From Anolis carolinensis (Eukaryota): a stretch of DNA of 64,000 nt. Below the pieces are notes generated by a model that did no database searches, was not told the origin of the DNA, and was given only the letters and a program-made list of their open reading frames with translations. A program made the position numbers and the translations under genes. The stretch lies in contig NC_085846.1 in the NCBI RefSeq assembly GCF_035594765.1, positions 21,749,190 through 21,813,189 on the forward strand, read 5' to 3'. Numbering within the stretch: position 1 is the stretch's first letter; every line of letters begins with the position of its first letter. Of this stretch, positions 47,664-61,569 are shown piece by piece.

Positions 47664-47980
47664 AGGTAAAGGTTTTCCCCTGACTTTAAGACTAGTCAAA
47701 TTCAACTCAGGGGGCTGGTGCTCATTCCCATTTCTAAGCCAAAGAGCCAGCATTGTCCGTAGACACCTCCAAGGTCATGTGGCTGGCATGACTGCATTAC
47801 CTTCCTGTCCGTGCGGTACCTATTGATCTATTTACATTTGCATGTTTTCGAACTGCTAGGTTGGTAGAAGCTGGGACTGACAGCAGTAGTTCATCCCGCT
47901 CCCTGGATTCGAACCACTGACCTGTCAGTTAGCAAATTCAGCAGCTCAGTTGTTTAATCCACTGTGCCATTGGGAGCTCC
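47664..47980 (-). mobile_element. Sauria SINE
   Basis: Family match. Confidence 0.9.
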
Positions 47981-49074
47981 TAGATGCACAATATAAATGC
48001 ACCCTAATTTAGGACAGTTTTGTGCTCAGACTTCAGCACCATCTTCAGATAGGAAATGGAAGAGGAAGGTGCAACATTGGTTAGCAATGCAAAGCCTCTG
48101 GATGGGTCAACTCTGGTATACTAATACAATTATAAATTACTAAGAATCTGGACTGTTGCCCTTAGTATATCAGGAGAGTGCTCTCTTTTCTTCCTGTAAT
48201 TCAAGCTGCAAAGGTCAAGCTTACATTGTAAAGTAAATGAACAGAATAGTTCAATAAACTAATGTACCATATATATTGTTATCTATTATATTTAGGATTA
48301 CGAGGTCAGAACTTGCACAGGACGGAGATTTTGGGGCCAAAACATGAAGCTTAGGGACTTCTGCTGTGACAATATAGGCTCTAGTGATGTAACAAAGTTG
48401 ATTTTTTTAAAACACAGTCCCTAGTGATGTTATTAAGAATGAACCACAGTTGGTCAAAGCAGGCCATTGAAATTAAAAACCACCACGAGGAAATCTGAAT
48501 GAGAAGGTCCACACACATTTTTCTGTGGGTGGCGATCCATCTTTCCTCCTTCAGTCATTAAATGCCTTGAAACCCTGGATATTGAAGAGCATAATCCTTT
48601 GCACAAGGACACAATATAAAATAATACACAATACCTCTGTAGCCCATGTTTGGCAGCTTGGAAAGGGATGTACAGAGCATGGTCAAGGGAAGGAGACGGT
48701 AATGATGGCAGATGATTTCCCTCTTCAGTCCTGATGAGATTAGAGCAGTCTAAATAGGATTTTTAAAAACAATCTCTGGACTGTCCAGCATTTAAATGGG
48801 ATGATCTGGGCAATAGGGATTATGGATTAGTAGTTAAACACTCTGTATATGTGTATGTGTGTGAGTGCGAGTACATGAGAAAGAGCGAGAATATAATAGA
48901 CAATGCTTTTAAAGCTATCTGATATGAGGGATTGCTGAGATTTTTTTTTTCCATTGTGCGTGGAATTGGCATCACATTTCTGTCCATTGACACTTTATTT
49001 CTTTCCTAGAAATTTGCCATGGACTGGCAGCTAATAGCTTGTGAATCAGTACTAACCCACAGATCACACAGAAT

Positions 49075-49860
49075 TATAGAATCATATAGTTGTAAGATAC
49101 CACAAGAGCTATCCAGACCAACTCCTGGCTATGCAGGAAAACACAATCAAAGCACTCCCGACAGATGGCTATCCAGCCTCTGTTTAAAAACTTCAAGAGA
49201 TGGAGGCTCCATCACCCGAAAAAGCAACATATTCCACTGCTGAACAGCTCTTATTCTCAGGAATTTCTTCCTAATGTTTAGATGGAATTTGTTTTCCTGC
49301 AATTTGTATCTATTGCTCCATGTCCTAGTCTCTGGAGCAGCGGAAAACAAGCTTGCGCCCTCCTCAATGTGGCATCCTTTAAAGTATTTCAACATGGGTA
49401 GTATGCCGCTCCATAACCATCTCTTCTCCAAGCTGAACATACCCAGTTCCATAAGCTGTGGCTCATACACCTTGGCTTCCAAAACGTTGATAGTTTTATT
49501 TGCCCTTCTGTGGACACGTTCCATCTTGTCCATCTCCTTCTTGAATTGTGGTACCCAGAACTGGACACAGTATACCAAGTGAGGCCTGATCACAGCAGAA
49601 TAGTGATAGGATTATTTCCCTCTATCTGTATACTATACTGCTGTTGATACGGCTGAGAATTGCATTGCCTTTTTTAACCTGCTGCATCACACTGTTGACT
49701 GATGTTCAGCTTATGGTCTACCAAGACTCCGAGATCCCTTTCATATGTACTGTTTCTAAGACAGGTGTCATCCATCCTATATCTCTGTACTCCATTTATT
49801 TTTGCCTACATGTAGAAGTGTATATATTGCTCCCTGTTGAAATTTATTTTGTTCGATTAA
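49075..49860 (-). mobile_element. CR1 LINE 3' fragment
   Basis: IRPHLVYCVQFWVPQFKKEMDKMERVHRRA...WN...PSLEVFKQRLD. Confidence 0.92.
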
Positions 49861-49902
49861 CCCTGCAATAAATTCCCTTCCTATATAAAAGCATCACATT
49901 TT

Positions 49903-50213
49903 AGGTAAAGGTAAAGGTTTCCCCAGTCTAGTCGTGTCCGACTCTGGGGGTTGGTGCTCATCTCCATTTCTAAGTTGAAGAGCCGGCGTTGTCCATGGAC
50001 ACCTCCAAGGTCATGTGGTCGTCATGACTGCATGGAGCATCGTTACCTTCCTGCTGGAGCGGTGCCTATTGATCTACTCACATTTGCATGTTTTCAAACT
50101 GCTAGGTGGGCAGAAGCTGGGGCTGACAGCAGGAGCTCACCCTGTCCCGCAGATTCAAACCACTGATATTTCAAGTCAGCAAGTTCTGCAGCTTAGCAGT
50201 TTAATCCGCTGTG
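49903..50213 (-). mobile_element. Sauria SINE
   Basis: Family match, (AAAGGT)n at the left end. Confidence 0.9.
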
Positions 50214-52223
50214 CACACTTTAGAAGAGTTGCTTTTTTGGATTACAACTGCCAGGATCTCCCAGCCAGCATATATAGCCAGCTCTATAGTGTATATGTTA
50301 TGCATACTTGCACGATGTGCCTGAATTAGTGGGAAAAAACATGTTTGGCTCCCACTCTGGAACATATATACACACACAGGCTGCCCACCCACTCCAATCC
50401 CTTAACTGAGCTGCTACCTGAAACAGATTTCAGCACAGGCTGGGTTTGGTAAAAGCCAAGCATAAAGACAGCTAAGAAAGGCAGGAGCTCAGCGATGTGG
50501 TTGTCAAGACATACTAGTAAAAACAGGGTGGAAGAGGGTGTCTTATAGTGAGAGAAAATCTGGGTAAACAACGCATAAAGCGGGGGGGGGGGGGGAAGCA
50601 AACGCAGATGAAAGCAGAGGAATGAAAGCAGAATCCATAAGAGCAGAAGAGGGGGGAAGCACCATACAAACAAGATCTAAAGAAAGGGTGGCATAAAGAT
50701 ACACCCGTTTAAGGTCTCCCATACATTTCCGTGAGATTATGAACATCACAACAGTTTGGAAAGGAAGGGTCCGTCAGGAAGGTGAAATGTTGGAGATGTT
50801 GCAAAGCAAAGGGAAGGTTTGCTCTGCAAGTGTGAGCTGCAGAGGGTCAACAGGCATTAAAGCAAAAGCTTGGGGGAGAGTGTTGGTACAGAAGGATGTG
50901 GCAAGGAAAGGTGAGCAAGGCCACATTTCAAATAAAGATACAAAGAACCCAGCCAGATCTTGGGCTGCCAGTGTCTGCACTGTGGTTTTATTTATGTGTT
51001 CATTTTTATTTATTGCCCTGCATACCACAAGGGCTCAGGGAAGGTTAATGGCATTGATCATAAAAAGACAATGCCCTCGCCAGGAATCTAAATGAGATAT
51101 CAGGCAGTTAGAATTGTGTGTGGAGAGAGGAAAAAATGGGAGGGAAACAGGGAAATGCAAGTTAATTCGATCCCTTGATAGAATTTAATTCTATCTCTTA
51201 ATAGTCTTCTCTTACTGTGGTTCTCCCTGGAGGGTTGTATTATTCTTTTGTTCATAGAAATCAGTCTGATACAAACCCACCCTCAAAGAGTAGCTGGCGA
51301 ATCTTACATTCAGTTCCAAAGATATTATATTCTGAATCATAATGATAATGACTATATACCCTTTCCCACATATATTATCTAGATATTATTCAAAATCACC
51401 ATATAAGGTAGATAAGCATGATTCTTTCTATGTTGAAGCTGCCAGGAAAGGGTCTGAGTAAAGGCCACTGCTTGATTTTGTTTTCATGGACAAGAGGACT
51501 TTCTGGTTCACAGCTCAGCCTCTTAACTTCTCTAGTACATTAAATAGCAGACACTCTCTTATATTCTCTTAACAACTGGGCCAAATTTAATCGATAAAGG
51601 ACAGAAACAGGAAATTGGTGGCAAGACAGAGGTGGGAAAGTTACTTTTTCGACTCCAAGGTCATGTTTGCTGAAGGGCGCTCGAGCTGTAATCCAAAAAG
51701 TAATTTCTCCAAATCCTGGCACTCGCATCCTGCTCTTTCCAGTGTGAATGTGACTCTTATGTGTCCAGAAACATCACACTGTTATGCCTCCCTTGTAATT
51801 CCCAGTTGTCCCAATTAATGCCAACTCCTTTTTAATGGCTTTCAGCTATGCCAGTTTCTCTCTCTTTCTCCCACTTTCTCCCTTTGTCCTAGGTTTTCAA
51901 TTTTATTTCACACCCAGAGGAAAGGCAAGGACGTCTAGGCATCAGCATCGTTTGGGCCACCAGGCATCATGAGTCTAGCCTATTCCCTGAACCCAAGATC
52001 TCAGCACCAAAAATTGAGATTTTTGGATGATCCATACTGATGTCAAAGAAGGCAGACTGTGACGATGCCACAAAGGGGCAATTCTGCTGAAACTATTAAG
52101 CATAATACATTAAGTATCAATCACAGAAGCCCAGGATATGCCACTGACATTTAAAACACTATGTCTTACAGATAATGAGTATACATACATATATACATTA
52201 CATATACATATATGTACACATGT

Positions 52224-52455
52224 GGGAGTCAGCATGGTGTAGTGGTTTGATCACTGGATTACTATTCTGGAGATTAGGGTCTGAATTCCCACTCAACCAT
52301 AAAACCCACTGGGTGATTGTGGGCAAATCACATTTTCTTAGTCTCAGGCGAAGGCAATAGTAAACCACCTTTGAACAAATCTTGCCAAGAAAACCCCATG
52401 ATAAGTGCACTTTAGGGTCACTGTAGATTGACTTGAAGGCACACAACAATAACAA
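52224..52455 (+). mobile_element. CORE-type tRNA SINE with RTE-like tail
   Basis: A box TGGTGTAGTGG, core-like CTGGGTGATTGTGGGCAAATCAC, tail GACTTGAAGGCACAC(AAC)n. Confidence 0.78.
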
Positions 52456-52619
52456 TAAATTGTTACCTGGTTGCCACATTTGCTGAAATCTCCTCCTCTA
52501 TATGACCATTAAAAGTACAGGACCCCTCTCGAGTTTTCAATCTGGCAACCCAAAAGCTGGGCAAGGTGTAGCCCTTGGAGCTTACTTTTGTGGCTTTTAA
52601 AGCCATGGCTTTAAAGAAC

Positions 52620-52750
52620 AGGCTGTCTGGCCATGTTCTAGCAGCATTTCCTCCTGATGTTTCACCTACATCTGTGGCTGGCATCTTCAGAGGATCTGAA
52701 GGCAAAATGTCAGGAGTAAATGCTGCTAGACCATGGCCATGCAGCCCGGA
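52620..52750. mobile_element. Inverted pair of Penelope pLTR fragments with degenerate hammerhead
   Basis: Minus strand cct-CTGAAGA-tgccagccacagatgtaggt-GAAAC-ATC-agg, then a plus-strand ...GTCAGGAG...ATGGCC...CAGCC fragment. Confidence 0.7.
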
Positions 52751-54844
52751 CATCACACCACACTTCAGTACATGGTTCAGACAATTTTTGCCCCGAACCA
52801 TGCAGAAAACTTATCCAAATATGAGAAAATGTATGGAAGCCCCAGCTTACCACCACAAGCTCTCCAGACTCCCATGCTATGCTAACATGCCTCTGTTTTC
52901 CTCAACTGTTCCTGTCATTGACAGTGAATTGGATGTTGAGAAGGATCATAGAAGAAAGAATTAACTTAAGCTTGTTGTAGGTGAGAGGTGTAATCTATGA
53001 ACAGATCTGGATTGGACGGGGACTTTGCCACAGGCTCCCAGATTTGAGTAGATTCTCTTGAAGAAATAAAGGCAGGCAGAACATTGTAGGTGGACAACTA
53101 CACTTTGTCTGACTGAAGTATTATCTAAGCTAGTGGTACCCAAACTTTGCTTCTCTAGGTGTTTTGGTCTTCAGTTTGCAAAACTTCTGACAGTTGTCTA
53201 AGCTGAAAAAGGATTTCTGGAAAATGAAATCTCAAACACCTGGAGGATCAAAAGTTGGGAGCCACTGCTTTAAGCAATAGTCAACTTAACCAAAAGCAAT
53301 CGTGGTCTATAGTTCAGGCAAGATTTGGCATGATGATCCACAGTAGTGCCTGGTGGTCTTCTACTTGAGTATTAAACTAGTCCAGGCAGAATATCAGGTG
53401 ATGAACTACCTTATTTCTGAAAGGGAAGGAAGGGCAGTGCAATTGCAAATAGAGTCCATCTTCCTACCCCTTCCTCTCAAAGCTGATGAGTTTTGGAAAT
53501 CCGACAAACACAAGAGTGCTCAGGGTGAATATGAAGGGCAGCAAAAAGACAGCCCTGACAAAAAAGAGGCTTCCAATTAGCTTGAAAGATGTTGATTTTC
53601 CTTGCATATTCAGCATTTGAAGTTATCACCGAAGCCAATATTACATCCTTAAGGCTTTAGAGCCAGGTGGCATCTTTTCCCTTAGGAAAGTCTTACCTAT
53701 TCTTATGAACACTATCTCGTCATTTTACAAGTGAATGTAACAGTCACATTTCTAATAGGTTTACACCACGCGTTTCTGCTTGATGTATTTTCTCCCTCCT
53801 CGCTACAAGATAATGGGAAGGCAAACGCCTGCCACTTGAGACAACTGTACCCCTCGGAGGACTTTCCATCCCAGCATGTCGCAGTGTGAGATTCTGTACA
53901 GCATTTATGGAATTATTTCTCTGAACACACTGGGGGAGCGAGAGAGAGAGCGCACGTCCTGAGATGCAACCTAAATAATCCTTGCTGTAAAAGGGAAAAA
54001 AGGGTGGGGGCAACGTTTCCCTCTTTATCTGCACTGGTGAAATACTAAATACCCTGCTCTTTTACACGTTTGACGGTTGTTATCATGCCAACCCTCCCTG
54101 AGCGACCCTTTCTTCAGGCTAAACCTGCCCATTTCTTTCAACCTTTCTTTGCCTTTTTTTCCTCCCTAATCTTATTGTTCATCCTAAATTAATTCCTTTT
54201 CATTCCGTTCCTCTACTCTCCAAACTGCACCAGGGGCTCTCAGACTTCGTCAGTCATGCCGTGAGTGGGACTGGAGGAGGTCTGAACCTCTCTCTCTGAG
54301 TAATCGCAAGCACGGCATCTGTACAACGTGGGTTTTAATAGGTTTTTAGCACCATTTAGCTTCTCCTGAGGGATCCTGGGAGTTAGGCTTTTTGAAGGTG
54401 ACCTCATGTATTCTGTTATTGCAACCCATGGTTTCTGAAACCTCCTTACACCAGTGCATATGTTGCCAACTGGAAAGGTATTTTTTCCAGTACAAACATC
54501 CTACTTAGGACCTCATCATATGAGGCTTGGGCTCCGTCCTAGGACGCTGCCAGGACAGAGTCCACTGGAGCCCAACACATAATGCAAGGCTACTTCCAGT
54601 GGAGCTCAGTCCTGACTCTCCTGGCAATATTGTAGGATGGAGGCCTGAGAAAACGGGGGGCTACTCGTGTTCTCATTAGCTAAGATGAGAACAGTGTTGG
54701 AGGAAGCTGGGCAGTGACTATTTCCCATGTGTAATGGGGAAGGGAGTGATGCAGGAGATGTGGGGGGCTTAAGGATGGTTTCCCCCACAGCCCAGTGGAT
54801 TTCCACACTGTCCCCCAACTTATGGACCTCAATGTGATGAGGAC

Positions 54845-54881
54845 CTTACAAACAACTCATAGTTACTAACAGGGGTGAGAC

Positions 54882-54929
<48 letters not shown>

Positions 54930-55487
54930 TTTATTCTTATACCCCGCCCCATCTCCCCAAAGGGACTCAAGGCGGCTTACATGGGGCTATGCCCGGACGC
55001 AACAGCACAAAATCAAAACAAATACAATAAACAAATCAGCCAACAATAAAACATCAACATGGATAAAACAGTCATACAAAATAATGTATATACAAAATAA
55101 TGTTAAAATCATGAGTTGGATCAAAAGACCTGGGCCAAGGTGCAGAAAAAATGTCAAGTCAAAAATGTCAACAGGAAGTGAGAGAAATCTACCCCTCAGA
55201 AGGGAAATTCACTTCTTCAAGAGTTATCATGGGAGAAAGATATCCCACACTGAAGCTTTGTCACCAATCCTTGCTTCCACAACAGGCCAAATTTTTCAAA
55301 ATCCAATTGTCACAGAGACAGAATGTGAGGTGAAATCTTCTGAACAGGGGCACAGACACCAAAACAAACACCACAGGGTTATTAACCCTTTCTATGTTAT
55401 CTTTATTATCTTTTCCAACATACATACTAATTCAATTTAAGAACAAACCTACAGAACTTATCTTTTTCTTAACTTGTGGACTGCCCG
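54845..55487. mobile_element. Tigger-like MITE interrupted by a minus-strand LINE 3' end with (TAA)n tail (~54883-55167)
   Basis: MITE sequence GGGGTGAGACAA|CAGGAAGTGAGAG is split by the insert. Confidence 0.75.
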
Positions 55488-55875
55488 TACTTCTGACAAA
55501 TCCTTTTCTGATGCCCTGTGGCTGTTTTGGATTACAATACCCAACATCCTCAGCCAACTGACAAGGAGCTGGTCTACTCTGGAGCTTTACAGGAGCACAT
55601 TCTATGTTATGGACTTCATGCTTTGGTACTGAATCTAGGATGTTGATTCATAAATCAGCCTGACAAGATCAGAGAATGGCAAAGCTACCTTTTGGACTAC
55701 ATTTCTTAGATGCAATGGCAAGTGGCCATCCTTCTTGAGAATTCTGGGAGTTCTAGTTCAAAAAGATAACTTTTCCAAGATATGGACAGGATTGTTATTT
55801 GTCTGTTTCCTCCAAATTCAAGCAAGATATATACTTTGCAAACCCTATTACCTGCACCACATCTATTTTCATTGG

Positions 55876-56126
55876 GTTTTTTTTTATCGTGTCAGAAGCG
55901 AATTGAGGCAAGTTGCTTCTGGTGTGAAATAATTGGCCATCTTCAAAGACGTTGCATAGGGGAGCCTGAATGTGTTACCATCCTGTGGGGGACTTCTCTC
56001 ATGTCCACATGGAAAGCTAGGACTGACAGACGGGAGCTCACCCCATTTTGCAGATTCAAACCCCCAACCTTCAGGTCAGCAGTTCAGCCGGCACAAGGGT
56101 TTAACCCACTGTGCCACTACAGCTCC
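55876..56126 (-). mobile_element. tRNA-head SINE (family of 12256-12622)
   Basis: Single copy of the tail module, T-tail. Confidence 0.82.
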
Positions 56127-57251
56127 TTATTTTCACCATAATTTTATGATACACAAACCAATTGTTTGATTAGCACATCAGGGTCCCATTCACAATTATA
56201 GTGTAATTATTCAATTTTGCCATGATTCCATTTTGTGGAATCCTGGGATTTCTTGTTTTGGTGAGGTACTAGAGTTCTGGAATTCTGGAACAGAATTCTA
56301 ATTGCCCATCCCTAACTTTCCTATCTTTGGATTTTCCAGGGCAGAGCAAAGCGTGTTAGAGGAATAATAGCAATATTATTTTACAGTACGCATGGGTCCT
56401 AGGCAGAATTTTCTGTCATTACCCATCACAGTAGTCTTCCCCAACCTGCCACCCTCCAGATATTTTACCCTACACTTTCCATCATCCCTGGCCATTGACC
56501 ATGCTGGCAAGGGCTGATGGTAATTTCAGCCCTAAATACTCACAGAAAGCTCCACATGAGCAACAAGAACAATGATAAAATAGAAACAGATCCTTGCCAG
56601 GAACGTGCATACACTTAATCCATGTATTTTCATGCATACTTGCATTAGCCCAAACCAATAGCGCAGTGAAGAGAGCGCACTGCCTGGTGATACACGATCC
56701 CTTTACAGCAATTTTTAATACACTGGAGCTTTTAACTTCTCAGGGCTAACATGCTATTAGCTAACTTTAGCAAGTTAATTTTAATCGGCAAATTAAATGC
56801 CAGAGCCTCTTGACTCATCCTCTGAGAAAGATTTTTTTCCCCACTCTTGCCTCGGAGAAGAGCAAAACACAAACTGAAAGTCCTGCCAGAACCTACAGGC
56901 CAAAAGCAAGATTCCCACTGAGCGGAGCTAGGAAAATGCCTTTTGGACTACAGTCCTTAGTATTCCACTGCCAGCAAAAACAGTGGCCACGACTAGCCTC
57001 CAAAAGGGTCCTAAAGAAAGAAAATTTGCTCCTTAACCCAATACCAGGAGGGGAGAAAAGAAAACTAAAAAGGGGTCAAAAAAAAGAAGCAAATTTTCTA
57101 CAGTATCTCCTAGCTTGATAACATTTGACATCTTGACCAACTTTCACGTTGCTTAGTCCAATTTTCATCTGTGAAATGTTGGGAGGCATGGAACTGGGAT
57201 TATAAGAATTTCATCTGAATCATGAACAAGTTGCTTATCTGAAACTGTGGT

Positions 57252-57683
57252 ATGGGGCTGCAGTGGTGCAAAGGGTTAAAGCCTTGTGCTGCTGAACTGC
57301 TGACCTGAAGGTTGGCAGTTCAAATCTGTGGGACAGGGTGAGCTCCCACTGTTAGCCCTAGCTCCTGCAGTTTGAAAACATGCAAATGTGAGTAGATAAA
57401 TAGGTACCGCTTTAGTGGGAAAGGCATAAGTCACTCCAAGCAGTCATGTCGGTCACATGACCAGGAGGTGATAATGCAGGCTCCTTGGCTTGGAAATGGA
57501 GAAGAATACCTTCTGCAAAAGCCAGAAATGAGCACTGCCTCCAGAGCCGGAAATGAAAGAAGAAGCTTTTGCCTTTATTTATGTATGTGTGTCTCATTGT
57601 ATTGTAACAACGTACTGAATGTTTGTAATATATAATGTAATCACTCTGAGTCCCCACGGGGAGAAGGGCAGAATATAAATAAA
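57252..57683 (+). mobile_element. Sauria-head SINE with L2-type tail
   Basis: Sauria 5' two-thirds, then CTCTGAGTCCCC..GGGGAGAAGGGC..TATAAATAAA and (TTA)n. Confidence 0.82.
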
Positions 57684-58233
57684 GTGTTACTGTTATTATT
57701 ATTATTACTATTACTATTATTATTATGAAATCAATTAACAAAAGGAATGATACAACAACCAACATCCCTTATTTTTACACCACTTACTCACCCAAAGGGG
57801 ATGATCTTAATCACATAAAAGAGAAAGCCACAAATGTGTCTATAAAATCAGAATGGAGGAGAAAACAGGGTTAAATCATCCTATATAAATCAACCAATGA
57901 AATACTTCCCTCATTTGACTATCTAAAATTTCTTGAGATTTTGTTTGTGCAAAATGTGATCCTTTAGGTCTATCAGACACCATTTAGAAAAACAATCATA
58001 AAGTGCTAAATGTTGGCGATGTAACACAGATCATACTTTTCTCACTCCTATGATGTGTTTAGCTAGATGTATTACGAAGCCCTCTTTTGCTTGAGTTGTT
58101 GAACGTGCTCTCAGTTATATGTGATGAGCTATGATTACCATAGAATTACACAGGAGGATCTAGAATATGGGTCCCCAAACTAAGTTTGAGGATCCCTGAC
58201 CTAGAAAATGCTTAAAGAAGAATACTCTCTATA

Positions 58234-58683
58234 CTGCAGTGGTGCAATGGATTAAACCCTTGTGCTATTGAACTGCCGACCTGAAGGTTGGCAGTTCAAA
58301 TCTGTGGGATGGGGTGAGCTCCCGCTGTTAGCCCTAGCTCCTGCCAACCCAGCAGTTCGAAAACATGCAAATGTAAGCAGATCAATAGGGACCGCCTCAG
58401 CGGAAAAGGCAAAAAGACCCTCCATGCAGTCATGCCGGCCCCACAACCAGGAGGTGTCTATGGACAATGCAGGCACCTCGGCTTGGAAATGGAGATCAGC
58501 ACCTCCCCCAGAGCCTGGGATGAGCACTGCCTCCAGAGCCAGAATTGAAAGGAGAAGCCTTTGCTTTTGTTTACATATTTGTGTTTCATTGTAACAAGGC
58601 ACTGAATGTTTGCCTGTATATGTTTATATTCTGTAATCTGCTCTGAGTCCCCTCAGGCAAAAGGGTGAAATATAAATAAAGTG
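58234..58683 (+). mobile_element. Sauria-head SINE with L2-type tail
   Basis: Same architecture as 57252-57683. Confidence 0.85.
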
Positions 58684-58713
58684 TTGTTGTCATTATGATG
58701 ATGATGATGATGA

Positions 58714-59137
58714 TTATTATTTGATACACAACAAGATAAGTACACAGAAAACAAGATCACTATGCTGGCTTTGTATTAGATCATACATCAGACACTTCCC
58801 AAGTTTCTAGGACTATGTGATGTATCGGTGAATAATGCATGCAGATCTGAGTAGGGTGGCCTTTTGCAGCTGACAGAGGGCAACTTTATCAGCGGCAATT
58901 GTTTTCAAGTGCTGGCCAAGGTCTTTAGGCACTACACCCAGTGTGCCGATCACCACTGGAATCACCTTGACTGGCTTGTACCAGAGTCTTTGTAGTTAGA
59001 TCTTTAAATCCTCATATCGCGTAAGCTTCTCCAGTTGCTTCTCATCAATTCTGCTGTCACTTGGGATTGCAACATCGACGATCCATGCTTTGTTTTTAAA
59101 CACAATCGTGAGGTCAGGAGTATTATATTCCAAAACT
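58714..59137 (-). mobile_element. Dong/R4-clade non-LTR retrotransposon 3' fragment (restriction-like endonuclease)
   Basis: NTPDLTIV...WIVDVAIP...EKLTRYEDL...VIPVVIGTLG...LQKATLL; flanked on both sides by TAA/TTA-type microsatellite. Confidence 0.88.
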
Positions 59138-59139
59138 AC

Positions 59140-59153
59140 TATTGTTGTTGTTG

Positions 59154-59206
<53 letters not shown>
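59140..59206. repeat. (TTG)n(TTA)n microsatellite
   Basis: Direct reading. Confidence 0.95.
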
Positions 59207-59209
<3 letters not shown>

Positions 59210-61434
59210 TCTGGTGAAATTCTATAGTATAAAGAAGGGGGGGGGGGAAAGAGGGGAAAATGTTTCCCTTCCCTGTACTCATAGACAAAAACAAACCGTT
59301 GCAGCTTCTCCTATCCTGTTCTTCTTCATCAAATCCAAATCATTCTGACCTTGAAGCTCATCTTGCTTGGCCACATGTGTTCCAGTTTTCAAATGCAAAA
59401 TGTTGGCGGATGTGGACTGTTTTTCAGAGACCAATACAAGATCTTTTTTTCAGTGTAGCCAGGCATATGTTGATGGATGGCATTAGCAATTCATTTAAAT
59501 GAATGCATTTTATATCTCTTTAGTTTACACACATAATCCATCAGCCAGGGTTTCTTTCTGTGCACTGTAATGCGAGGCTTTCATTCATTTTGAAGAACCT
59601 CCCCCCCTGGACGGTCCTCAATATCCTTCACTTCAAATGATCTAAGCCTCGGAACAAGCTGTCTGCAAAATCTCCAAGTGTTCAATCCCTGTCAAGCAAT
59701 TAAGTGGTTCTAGGAAAACGAATTCAAAAGGACGTTTCTGGCATTGCACAATGCCAAGATTCCCAGAGAAAACCCCTCGTATGTTTACTTAATGCCCCAG
59801 TCAAGAATTAATATTTTAAAGCAGCATGAAAAATTAATTTCCCCTTCGTATTATTGGCAGTCAGAGTCTTCTTAAGGCTGTGCTGATATCGTGCGTAGTC
59901 ACTTGCGAGTTAAGTCCCTGAATGTACTTCCGGGTGAAGGAAACTCGGCTCCTTTGGCACTAAATTGCGGTTCCATGAATATTCTGAGGAACCGGATAAA
60001 ATATGCGACGGCACTGTGAAAGAAGCAGCACCATCAAATGTGCTTACAAGAGCAACCTGCCACTCAAAGCTTAGAAAAATAACGTTTTTGGATCCCAGCT
60101 CCCGAAATCTTCTAGCCGGAATGGAAAATTCTAGATACTGCAGTCCCCAAAATGACATATTTCCAAGCTGTGCCCCCATTGTAGATGCAGGCAGACATGA
60201 AAATCCATATTAAAGAACCGATTATCTAACATAAAAGAGATACGCAAAATATCTCAATAGGTTTGAGAACATAATATACTGAGTTTAGTATGAAGACACA
60301 AAGAGCTTGCTTGGTGACCTAATCCATTGTTCACAATTCCCTTCCAAGGGAGACCAGCCTACTCCAACACTACTTTATAGTTCTATGGCTGGCAGGCAAA
60401 TCTGGCAGACCTTTGGATGCTGAAGATGTGTTTTTTAATTGGTTGGATATTGTATTTTCTTTTCTGCCTTCTTTAAAAAATGTGCTCTAAATTTAATTGT
60501 GATTTAATATTTGAACTTGCTTGGTGCTCTAATTGTGTTCTTATTTGATCTTACTCTGAGGGGTTTAGAGTTCTATTTTGAGGACAAAGGTGGGGTATAA
60601 AGCCAATGCTTTATTAATTAATTGAGCTGCCTCACACAGAGCAGAACTTGGAATGCTACGTTTTGGACTAAAATCCATTCAATGGCTCCACTTGGATTCC
60701 TGCAATCGAACTACATGCTAGTCAAGGCTAGCTCAGAAAAGTAACTTTCCAAGTTACAGTCAAGGTCAAAAGTGGTGTCACAGAAGTGCATATTAACCAT
60801 CTCTTCCTCTCCATAACAGGATGTTACCCGCTTTCGTTATCAGGCTCCCAAATTATGCCTGTATTGAGCTTCCAGTTATCAATCCGAAAGGAAAGTGTGA
60901 CAAATGCAAGATACCAATTTGAGGGCAAGCATGTGCTGTGATAAACAAACATCTTGAACCGCTTGGGAAGCAACCATACAAAAAACATAGTGAAGATATC
61001 TTCTGGCCTATCCACTGCCCTGTTTAGCTCAACATTATCTAACAGGCAATGGGTCTCCAGAGTTTTAGCAGGTACCTCTGAATTCTATAACTGGAGTGGA
61101 ATGCACAGATGGCAATATTATTCACTATTTTCAGCAACCATTGCTGGATGCCATTGCTTCTATAGCCAAAAGAACACTACTTCTACATAGATGTGAGGTA
61201 TCAGGAATCTTTGAAGCTCAAGAAGACAATGGGACAAGGGAGAATTTCCCAAATGAGCACTGAGTGACAAAATCCTACTTAATTTGTGGGAGGAAAAAAC
61301 CAAAAAATTGGATAGAAGAGTGTAATGTTGTACAGCTTGCTTTCCACTGTCACTGAGGTAAGTTGTGGCCAACTTCAAGCCAAAGCAAGAGCAACAAATG
61401 CCCAGAGAAGTATTTCCTCTAGCAAACTCTAGGT

Positions 61435-61569
61435 CAGTGGCTCTCAACCTGCGGTCCCCAGATGTTTTTGACCTTCAACTCCCAGAAATCCTAACAGCTG
61501 GTAAACTGACTGGGATTTCTGGGAGTTGTAGTCCAAAAACATCTGAGGACCCCAGGTTGAGAATCACTG
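61435..61569. mobile_element. hAT MITE with SPIN-like TIR
   Basis: Perfect TSD CTCTAGGT. Confidence 0.9.

Noticed and set aside
48032-48040. TTCAGCACC RE1 left half-site
   Set aside because: No GGACAG right half follows.
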